Below, one piece after another: positions 11,750-21,867 of a stretch of 64,000 nucleotides of DNA. The notes under the pieces were generated by a model. The model did not search any database. It was not told where the DNA came from and saw only the letters and a list, made by a program, of their open reading frames with translations. The stretch spans positions 620,001-684,000 of the forward strand of contig JASVEC010000013.1 in NCBI GenBank assembly GCA_030770535.1. The letters are read 5' to 3'. A program made the translations under genes and the position numbers. Every line of letters begins with the position of its first letter. Position 1 is the stretch's first letter. The stretch comes from Batkoa obscura (lineage: Eukaryota).

Positions 11750-12777
11750 ATAGTCAAATTATTAAATATTGTATAATAACTTTAATTTTTTAATTTTTTC
11801 TATATTTTAATAATAGATTATAATATTAATGTTTTGTTATTATTATCTATTTTTAAATAATTATGTTGATTTTTATTTATACTAAATTTAAAGCTTTTAT
11901 ATTTATCAAAAAATATATTAAATCTACAATTGATAATAGTGCTATTTACTGGTTTTTGTTTTTCGTTTTTTTTAAAGCATTAATTTTATACAATAATTAA
12001 TTAGATTTATTATTAATAATAATAAATTTTAACAATATTTCTTTTCTTTTTGTTCTATTATGAAATTCCATAAACTCTGGGTTATTATATATAGTTGTTG
12101 AAATTAATATAAATAAATCACAATGTTTATATGATATGTTTTTCCTTACTATATTAAAATTTTTAAAAATTATGTTTTGAAGTTTGGTTATAAAAACTTG
12201 AATTTTGTTTTTGTTTTAATAAAAAATAAAGTTAAATAACTATATATTTATATATTTATATATTATATATCTATTAAACATTTAATAAAGATAATACAAA
12301 ACATATAATTAATTTTTTTTAGCTATTTAAAAAAAATAAAATAATTAAAATAAGTTTTTTAAATTCAATTAAGCATATGTTAAGGACTTATGAATTTAAA
12401 AACTTAAAATTTGGATTAATTTTTGAGTAAATTCTGAAACTAATTTGAACATCCCTACATATGGCTATCTTTATTTCAGTATTTAAATAATAGTTTTTTA
12501 ATTTTATGTTGCATAAAAAATAGATAAAATATTGGAACAAATAACAACACTATTAATAAAGTGTTAGAACTTTATTTTAAATTAATTAAAAATATAAACA
12601 TGTTTTCTGTTTATTTTGCTAATAAATATACAATATCAATTAAACACATTGATAAGGAAAAGCTAAATTAAGTTCTATAACTATAGCAGCCAAAAAATTA
12701 AATGCTATAATAAAAATACTTATAAACAAATATTGGAATAGACTAATAATTTTTTATACAAGTTATTTATCTTAAAA

Positions 12778-13575
12778 ATGAGTTTACTTTTTGCTTTTAA
12801 AGAAAATTTTGCTGCTTTTTTTACTAACTCACTTTCAATTGTATCTATATTACTCTGTACTTTATTATTCACTATTATTACATATAATAATAAAGGTGTA
12901 CATCATTCAATTGCTTATAGTTATCACTTTGTATATTATTGAGAGATTCAATATATAAATTAATTATGTTTTTTGGTTTTTTCCCTATGATGAACGGTTC
13001 GCCGTCAATATCCTACTCATTTATAGCATTTATCTCATTTAGTACCTTAAACTCAGTATTATATTCGACAGCAATAGCAACAGTATATTTGTTAAATACA
13101 AACTACCAATACAAAATGACAAAGATAATAATATGTTTTATTTTTATAATTTCATCATTAATATCTCTAATTATAAGTATACTGCCTATATTATCTAATA
13201 AAATTGACATAATAATAATTTTGATTATAATTTTGATGGAGATAATAACTATTGGTTTATATTTTAAAATTTTTATCAATATTTATGTCAATAATAATAA
13301 TAATACCAATCGTACATGCAACTTTAATACATTGCTTAACAATAAAGAAATGTAATAATGATTCAAACAAAAGCGGGATTGAAGTAGGATATTATACTGT
13401 TTCCTGATTAGTTTTATATACATCTCCTTCGATTATTGGTTATGGCTTAACCATTAGTATGTACATTTGTTCTCTTTTTAATATTCCATTTGATCCTAAT
13501 GTTATTGAGATTTTAATTTTTTTATTAAATATTTCGATTCATATCCAAGGCTTTATCAATTCCTTTTTTTTTTAA
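12778..13575 (+). pseudogene. Disrupted multi-TM receptor (cAMP-receptor/Git3-like GPCR) pseudogene
   Basis: Hydrophobic segments spread over shifting frames from ATG 12778; last segment HIQGFINSFF resembles the QGFxNxxxF TM7 motif; at least 2 frameshifts and in-frame stops near 13353-13382. Confidence 0.5.
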
Positions 13576-13895
13576 AATGAATAATCTTATTGATAAACTT
13601 TAATATATTTATTATAAATCATTATAATTTTATAAAACATGTTTACTTGTTTTTTCTGTTTATTAATAAATAGACTTTATTTTTTTAACTCTAATTTTAT
13701 TTTTTATTTTTTAACAATTAATGTCCTTTTTTATTAATTTGTATGAAATTAGTTAATTTTCATATTATTATTCTAATATGCAATTTTCAATATTTTAAGT
13801 TTTCCTATTTTTACAAAGCTACAAAACTAGTAGTAATAAAAAAATTGTAAATATTTTTAATTAAATATAATTCTAAACTATGTTTATCAAAGACA

Positions 13896-13987
13896 GCTTC
13901 CTTAGTACAACTGGTAGTACATAGGCCCTCTTTCAATCAGATTTGATATCATTTCCTAAGATGCGGGTTCGACTCCCTCAGGAAGCC
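13896..13987 (+). ncRNA. tRNA-like element (probable pseudo-tRNA) copy 1
   Basis: Acceptor GCTTCCT/AGGAAGC, D arm GTAC-AACTGGTA-GTAC, T arm GGG-TTCGACT-CCC, T-run downstream; anticodon arm enlarged and non-canonical. Confidence 0.65.
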
Positions 13988-14702
13988 GATTTATTTTTTT
14001 CATCAAAAATAAGTTTCTTTAGTAAAAATTGCTAGTAGATTTTTCAAAAAAACTATATTACTTAAATACGTACTTTTAATTATTTTTACTATTAAAAATT
14101 AATAAATTAAAGTTTTTTCTATTTGTTTAACATTTTACTTAAATAGTATAGTTTTTCAAAATTATTTTATTTTTAAAAACAAGGTCAATTTTTTATTAAA
14201 ATCGATAAAAATGATAACAATTAAATATTAAGTTGATTTAATAGTCTATTCCAACACTATAAAACATGACCTATAAGTTTCAATTTTTAAATTCTATTTA
14301 AGTAGTCACGTTATTTATTTCGATTCCATATTGATATTATTAGTAATTAAGTATAACAATTTCAACTTTCAATGACTTGGGCGAAAATTTAATAATCTAA
14401 CTTTAACATTCATTGCCTTTTTTTAACAACTAATAAATTCTTTTTTATTATCATTATTTGAAATCCCTTCTTTATACCCCTCTTCCCTTGTCATCTAGTA
14501 TCCTTACTATCCATCCATCTTATTTAATCACATAATTGAGCTTTCATGACAATTCATATTAATTAAAATTTAATTAGTTCTTTTTTCAAAATGACATCAC
14601 AAACTCTTTTACTCATCTCGAAATTCTAAATATTTACTTTTTATTCCTAAAATTTTTCTATTTCAATAATAATAATATAAACAAGAGTAACTCATTAATT
14701 AA

Positions 14703-15649
14703 ATGTCTACCAGTTATAAAATAGGATTGTTAATTTGTGATGACCCAGTTCCACCAGTCGTCTCACTCTACGGTGATTATTCCAAAATTTTTCAAACTTA
14801 TTTTCAACTTTCATTAACCCAACTTAAACCCAATGCTAAACTTGAACTCATTCCTTATTATATACAAAAATTGGGTGAGTTACCATCAATTAATAATGAT
14901 TTAAAAGGTTATATTATTACTGGTTCTTCGTATTCCGCATATTTAAATGAAACTTGGATATTGGACTTGATTCAATTTTGTAAAAAGAGTTTGGATGAAG
15001 AACCAAATAAAAGATGGATAGGTATTTGTTTTGGTCATCAACTATTGGCGAGAGTGTTCGATGATAAAGCTGTTGAAAAGAATTCATTGGGATGGGAGGT
15101 AAATATATATTAATTTTAAATGTAGATGATATGAGGTTTAAATTGAAACTTTTTTTTTATTAGGTAGGCCCACTTCCAATTGAGTTAACAGAGGAGGGTA
15201 AAAGATGCTTTAATACTCAGGAGGATAAATTGGTAAGTATTCTATTTTTATTAATAGAATGTTATATAGTTAATCTTTTTTTAACTTTTTTATTCAGATT
15301 ATTCACCAAATGCATCAAGTAATTTGATTTACTCTTATAAAAAAATTCATTTAATATCTAATCAATCTTGATTTAGGATCATGTAGTAACTATACCCTCG
15401 GACTTTCAAATTTTAGCTAAAAGTTCAGTAAGTGGTATTCAGGGCTATTTATTAAAGGATAAAATATTAGCTATACAAGGACATCCTGAATTTACTCATA
15501 ATATTGTTCATTTAATTGTTGAAAAAAGAGCTGAGAAAGGGATCTTTAAGAAAGAACAAGTGAATGAAATTGAAGACAGATTAAAGACAATAGATGTAGA
15601 TCAATATTGTTTTGGTAAAGTAATGATTCAATTTTTATTAAAGTTATAA
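14703..15649 (+). CDS. Class I glutamine amidotransferase-like protein (multi-exon)
   Basis: ITGS, GICFGHQ nucleophile elbow, HQMHQD (via 21-nt exon 15298-15318), QGHPEF. Confidence 0.9.
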
Positions 15650-15808
15650 GTAAAAGATAAGTAATTATATAATAAAGGATGATATAAAGTAACAAATAGA
15701 ATTATTATAAATTTTATTTAATAATATAAATAAGTTTATTATAATTTATATATATAAAAATGATTTTATAATTTTAAAAAGATAGAAGAAGGAATAAAAA
15801 AATGAGAT

Positions 15809-17836
15809 TTAAGATAAAGAATTATTAGTAGTATTAGAATTAATAGAATCCTCATTTGAACTAGCCGACAAATTGGACGTTGGAGAATTTGGGGTAAATT
15901 TTTTAGAAAAGATATTAGCCATAATAAATGCTTTATAATGACTATCTTGTGATAAATTATATGGATGTTTTTGAAATAATAATAATTGATTAATAATTTT
16001 TGAAATTAATCGCATCTTATTATAATTGATAAAATATACTTTGGGATTATTGGAGTTCAGATGAGGTGTATGAAACATATAATTAAAATTACCATTTTCT
16101 GTAAACACTAAATCGGTTAAGGTAATACCTAAGAAAGGTAAGCATGGACTTGTATTTTGCATTGTTTTATTTAACAATTCCCTATAATAACGATAGTTCT
16201 CTCTTGTTGATAAAATTAGAGTTAATTTTTTAAAGTTTGTCTTATCCTTTTTATTTAATGAATTCCAATGTTTTTTGTCCCTATCATTTAATACCATTTG
16301 TAACCCCGTAGTTATTTCAAAAGAAGAGTTATAATTTTTTAATTGATAACAATATTTAGCTACTTTAATAAACTTTTGTATAATTTCCATTTGTTCATTA
16401 AAATGATGACAAGAATAAATTTCTTTTGTTACAAAATTGGCCATTAAATTAAACATTTGAATTAGTTTCAATAAGTTAGGTGCCTTCAAATCTCTTACTT
16501 CTTTGTTATTCCATATTTGTTGATATAATTCACTAATTTGAATTTTGCAAAATAATTCATGTTCAATTAAAGTTAATTGTTCTGCAAATACTCTAAGATC
16601 TAAATCATAAAATTTTAAGTGGATAAAGATACTATTTAATTTTAATGAATTTAAACTAGATTTGAATTTTAATCCTTGAGTTATTGGTATTGTATTATTA
16701 TTATTATTATTATTATTTAAGGTTGTTGATGAATTATTACTATGTCCTTTTTCTTTACAAATGATCAATAGAGAAAGTATCGACTCAATAAACAGACCCC
16801 TCTTTTCATCATTTAATTGAATAAACTTTAAAAAAGCAGTTAAAAAAGTAGTCAAACTTGGATTACTATGAAATCTATTTTGATATTGTTGACACCATTT
16901 TTTAATTAAGTTTAATAACTTTAATTGAATAATTAAATTCCATTCTACTTCTTCTTCAGATTCATTAAGATATAATAAAGAATTGATATATCTTATAACA
17001 ATCATACGTAATAAATCTTCATCTATAATAAAGTAATGATATACATTTAAAAAATCATTTAATAGCTCATTATTAGTTGTTCCTTTACATGATAATAAAT
17101 GAATCATTCCATTTAAACTAAACGATTTAATACTTGTTTCTGTAATGACATTATTAGTTAATAAAGTAGCACTATTATTACTATTAACACTATTAAAATT
17201 ACTACCTCCATTATTATTTCCATTACCCCCTGAATTATTCATACCTATACTTTCATATTGAATTTCAGAATGATGAATTAAATCATATTGAGGCCAAGGA
17301 ATAGTATCATTTGATTTTGAATCCCCAGGATAATAAATAGGATGTCCCATAATTAAATTTAAATATAAATATAACTCTTTATCAATTAATTGTCTTAACT
17401 TAATTTCCATTGGGCCATCAACACGTATTGCAGGTAAGGATAATAAATCATTAGGTCCATTAAGTTCATTTTTTATTACACTTTCTTTTAAAGAATAATT
17501 ACTGAAGCGTTTGGAATTAGACGATAATGAGGGAAGAGTAGGAGGTGAAGTAGGTGAAGAATTATTGATGGGGTGAGTATGTGGGGTATTTGGAGTTAAT
17601 AATGTGGAATTTAATATGGATTGAAATAAATTGGATTTCATTGTAAAAAACATACTCTTTTTGTTTTTATTTAAACTATATCGTTGATTGAATTTATTAT
17701 TATCTTCTTTAATTAGATTATTGTTAGTTGTATTAAGAGTAGTATTAAGAAGATTACTATTGTTACAACTTTCTTTGACTGTATCTTCCATTGTAGTAGC
17801 TAAATTATCAGGTAAAACTCGGGTCATATTGATCAT
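15809..17836 (-). CDS. Ras guanine nucleotide exchange factor (REM + CDC25 domain)
   Basis: FAEQLTLIEHELF, IKVAKYCYQLKNYNS, PCLPFLGITLTDLVFTENGN, INYNK. Confidence 0.92.
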   Translation of the reverse strand: MINMTRVLPDNLATTMEDTVKESCNNSNLLNTTLNTTNNNLIKEDNNKFNQRYSLNKNKKSMFFTMKSNLFQSILNSTLLTPNTPHTHPINNSSPTSPPTLPSLSSNSKRFSNYSLKESVIKNELNGPNDLLSLPAIRVDGPMEIKLRQLIDKELYLYLNLIMGHPIYYPGDSKSNDTIPWPQYDLIHHSEIQYESIGMNNSGGNGNNNGGSNFNSVNSNNSATLLTNNVITETSIKSFSLNGMIHLLSCKGTTNNELLNDFLNVYHYFIIDEDLLRMIVIRYINSLLYLNESEEEVEWNLIIQLKLLNLIKKWCQQYQNRFHSNPSLTTFLTAFLKFIQLNDEKRGLFIESILSLLIICKEKGHSNNSSTTLNNNNNNNNTIPITQGLKFKSSLNSLKLNSIFIHLKFYDLDLRVFAEQLTLIEHELFCKIQISELYQQIWNNKEVRDLKAPNLLKLIQMFNLMANFVTKEIYSCHHFNEQMEIIQKFIKVAKYCYQLKNYNSSFEITTGLQMVLNDRDKKHWNSLNKKDKTNFKKLTLILSTRENYRYYRELLNKTMQNTSPCLPFLGITLTDLVFTENGNFNYMFHTPHLNSNNPKVYFINYNKMRLISKIINQLLLFQKHPYNLSQDSHYKAFIMANIFSKKFTPNSPTSNLSASSNEDSINSNTTNNSLS

Positions 17837-17844
17837 TTATTTTT

Positions 17845-17847
<3 letters not shown>

Positions 17848-17873
<26 letters not shown>
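17848..17873. repeat. (ATT)n microsatellite
   Basis: Run of tta repeats just upstream of the RasGEF ATG; a second run lies at about 18485-18519. Confidence 0.85.
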
Positions 17874-17877
<4 letters not shown>

Positions 17878-18483
17878 TAATGACAATAAATTAGAGGATC
17901 AATCAATGAATTGAAGGTTATTTATAAATAAAGGAGAGAGAGTTATTATTGTAAACAAGAAAGAATGAAAGAATGAAAGTAAATAAATTTTTTAGAATAT
18001 AAAAAATAGAATTTGAAGAAAGATAAAAAGGATAAATAATTCAAATTCAAGTTATCCGTTAAAAAAAAGAGTTAAAAGTTTAATTAAAATTTCTAATTTA
18101 TCTATCATCTATAACTTTGTTTTTTTCATCTTTTTCATTCAACTTATGTTTTAAATGTTGAAAAAAATATGCTAACTTTAAGGGTTAAATTTGGGGTAAA
18201 TTAAGGGAAGCTCATTAAATGTTGGGTAGTTACAAATTATAATATCAAATCGCCTTAATCGCATGATTTAGGATACTTTGGCTATTACTTAAACCAATTA
18301 AATAAAAAGAGTTGTAATAAATCAAATTCTTTAAAACATAATTAATAAATAATAAACTTTTATTTACAACTATTAGTTTAATGATTCTTATATTAATGAT
18401 AATATTAAATATCATTATTATTACTATGCTAATAAGTTTTTTATTATCCAATAAGCTTATAATATAATTTACTATCATTATTA

Positions 18484-18520
<37 letters not shown>

Positions 18521-20167
18521 GCTCATGTTTTTAATAGAGTTATTAACTAAAATGCTATAAGCATATCAACAAGTCATACAAAATTTAGAAATAGTTTTAA
18601 CAGTTAGCACATTTGAAAAATTTCCATGGATTTTATTTCAAATAACTAAAATTAAGTTTATATATTAAATAATCTCCCGTTGGTATTATAATTGACTATT
18701 AATTCCAATTATTTGTTCAAGTTATTTAGTATCAACTACTATCTTAACTGTTTATTATTTTCAAAGTTAAATGAAATTATTATTATTATTACAGTTATAA
18801 AAAAATTACACTTATAAGCAATAATTCTACTAAATAATGTTACTAAGTTGATGCTCATTAATTAAATATTTTAAACTATTAACCGTTAAAACATTTTAAA
18901 ATATTAATCTGAACATCAAGTAAATGGGCATGTAATTAAATTCAATAAATATATATTTTTTTTAAAACAAGTATGTAAATGAATATATACTAAGTAAACT
19001 ATAAAAAAACCTTAGTTTAATTAAACTCATTTATCTCATAACACTTTATTATCATTGTTTTATTTTTCATTATTTTATTTTTTATTATTTCTATTAACTT
19101 TGAATATGTTTTCATAGTTACTAAAACTTGGGGGTAATTAAATTAGTTGGAGATTCTTTATTTTGAAATATATATATTTTCTAAAAAATACAATCAATTC
19201 TAGAATTTTAACTTTTTTTACTCAGGCTAAGCATAATTTGATAGGTTATTACATTGAATTCTTTTTACAAAAAAATAGTTGATATGTGGACTTAAATTAA
19301 ATCAATATTGATATTTTTTTATTGAAATGTATTATTATCAATTTTAAAAAAGAAGAAAATAATAGTTTAATTCTTGAATTTATATATAGCTTATTTGAAG
19401 CCGATAAGATTTACATTTATTTCGTCAGAAGTAAATAATGCTTTATTATTAATATTAAAACTACGAATTTGTATCAGTCTATTCTTCAGCTCAACTCTCC
19501 CCTTTATGATAGTTTCAAATTGACAATTTTTAAACTTAATATTGATCGTTATCTTTCACTTGATTATAACACATTAAAATTAAGCTATAATTAGGGCTAT
19601 TAATTTTAGTGTTTTGAAGCTATTAGTTAACGATTAAAGTAGTGAAATTAATTGCCCTAAATATTACATAAATTAATGTATTCTATCAAGCTTATTTACC
19701 CTTCGTTTTAAGCCTATGTTTTTCATTAACTCCTCTTATTTTGGGAGCATGAAAGTAGGGAGGAAGAAGATTCAAATAAGATGGGGAGAAGAAAGAAAAA
19801 TAATTTTGGTTTTAAAGTTGTAGATTGGGGATTGAGATTTTGAATGATTTATAGTAATAATAAGGTAAAAGTAATTTTAGATTTGATTAAAGTTGTATCT
19901 ATATCTTTTAGTTTTATTAAATGAGAAAAAGAGATTATAAGTTGTATGAATATTTAACTTATTGTTTATTTTATATTAAAAGTTTTGAATTTAAAAAAAA
20001 AGTATTAGCCAGTTTTTAATTACCTGTTTTCGGTAAGTTTTTGTATTAAAATAAAAATAGAATTAAGTATGATTAAAATTATTTAAAAAAATAACTACAA
20101 GTTTTCTTTATTAAAATAATTCAAGTATTCTCAATTTATTGTTAGTTACTAGTAAAAACTTTTTTAA

Positions 20168-20189
20168 AATAAAAAATAAAATAAAATAA

Positions 20190-20220
<31 letters not shown>

Positions 20221-20239
20221 TAAAATAAAAATAAAATAA
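20168..20239. repeat. (AAAAT/AAAAAT)n microsatellite
   Basis: Tandem repeats; similar tracts near 24541-24590, 35710-35750, 40720-40762 and 61608-61645. Confidence 0.85.
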
Positions 20240-21867
20240 CCTTTAATTAACCGATTAAACGATTAAACGATTAATTGTAATTAAATATTACTAACAACTT
20301 ATTTTTAATTAACCAAATACAATAAGTAATTCAACTACAAATAGTTGAATTTTATAACGAGCTTTTGTTTTTAAAATAAAAGAATAAACTTAATCAACGT
20401 AATATTATTTTGTAGTACAAAATTGCTTTTATATTATCTCAAAATATTACGTTAAATTAATTTATGATTATAAAAAATTAATTTTAATAGCGATAAAATT
20501 CTAGTTTTATTTTCATTAACTACAACTATTAATCTAAAATAGTAATCCCCTTTAACAATAACTTGATTTTCATATTGAATGTTGTTCTCCCTTTAAAAAA
20601 AATATATCAAAATCTCCCTTTTATTTTTTTTCTATCCTTGAAAAAAGGGAGAGTGGGAAAAGTTAACAATGTAAAATTTCACAACTATTATTGGGGTCCT
20701 AAAAATAATACTTTCAATTACTTTTCTCAACATTTTTATCTTGATGTTATAAATTTTGCACTTTCATCATAGATGACAGTCATGCTATTAAAAAAAATAA
20801 TCTTCATTATAGTCTTTATTTAGGGGTTATTTGTAGCTTTGAGAAGAAAATTGGGTTAAGGTTTTTTAAGATTTTGAGATAAAAAAAATTTCAGCTAAAA
20901 TCAAGTAAAATGGTGTTCAACATCGGAAATTTTAAAAATAATTAAAGCTAACTGAGATGATGAAAGAAAGTGGGCTTTTTTTTAACTTGTGAAAGGTTCT
21001 TTATAAACTTCAAGTTTTGATGGCTTTAATATATTGCATCAAAGTTTCATAGAACTAAATAAAGAATATATTAATAGTTTTACTTAGACTTTTAAAAAAT
21101 AACACTCAATATTATTAGTTAATTTAATATTTAATGTAATCTATTAAAAACAATGGCTTATTTTAATATCTTACATTGTATCTTGGGGTAAATATTTTAA
21201 TAAAAAAGGTTAAGTCTTACACTATGACACATGAATGTTTATAAAAATATCACTAATTTTATTAATTACCTTTACCTTAAACAGATAAACTTATGCTAAT
21301 TGATAAGCAAGACAACGAGTTAAATAAATAGAAAGTTAAACGATAGAAATAAACTTGCTTTAGAAACTTAGTAAAAAAATTAATGAGAAAGATTTACTTA
21401 ATTATTATTGAGTAGAAAAATAGCTATTTTTTTAACCCCTTAAATTTACCCCATAAGATGAAGGATTTAGATATCCTTAAACCCTTAAAGTATAGTTAAA
21501 AAAATTGGAAAAAATAAAAGATTTTACTTTTTGTTTATATTTACTCTTTTATATATTTTAAATCTATAGTTAATTTTCAAGTGAAGCAATCATATATTAT
21601 TATACTTTATCACTTATTTATAACTTGAAACTTAATTTTAATTAATCTTATCTTGTAACTTCCTTTTGTATATTATTTTTTATAACATATAACAATCATC
21701 TTTCTTAACTTTAATATACATATTTTAATTTCAATAATAAGCCAAACTTGATTAAACTGAATAGTAATATTATCATTGGAATTGAATAATAATATTTAAA
21801 TTTATAATCTATTTATTACTTTCTTTTTATTAAAGTTATTTTTACAAAAAGTATAAAATAAACTAAA

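Noticed and set aside
13896..13987. Selenocysteine tRNA (TTCAA in the loop, about 92 nt)
   Set aside because: It does not fold into the 9/4 acceptor/T arrangement, has no 6-bp anticodon stem around TCA and no long variable arm.
17688..18478. Hydrophobic short ORFs 17688-17894 and 18245-18478
   Set aside because: Products of ATT microsatellites and AT-rich or antisense sequence.
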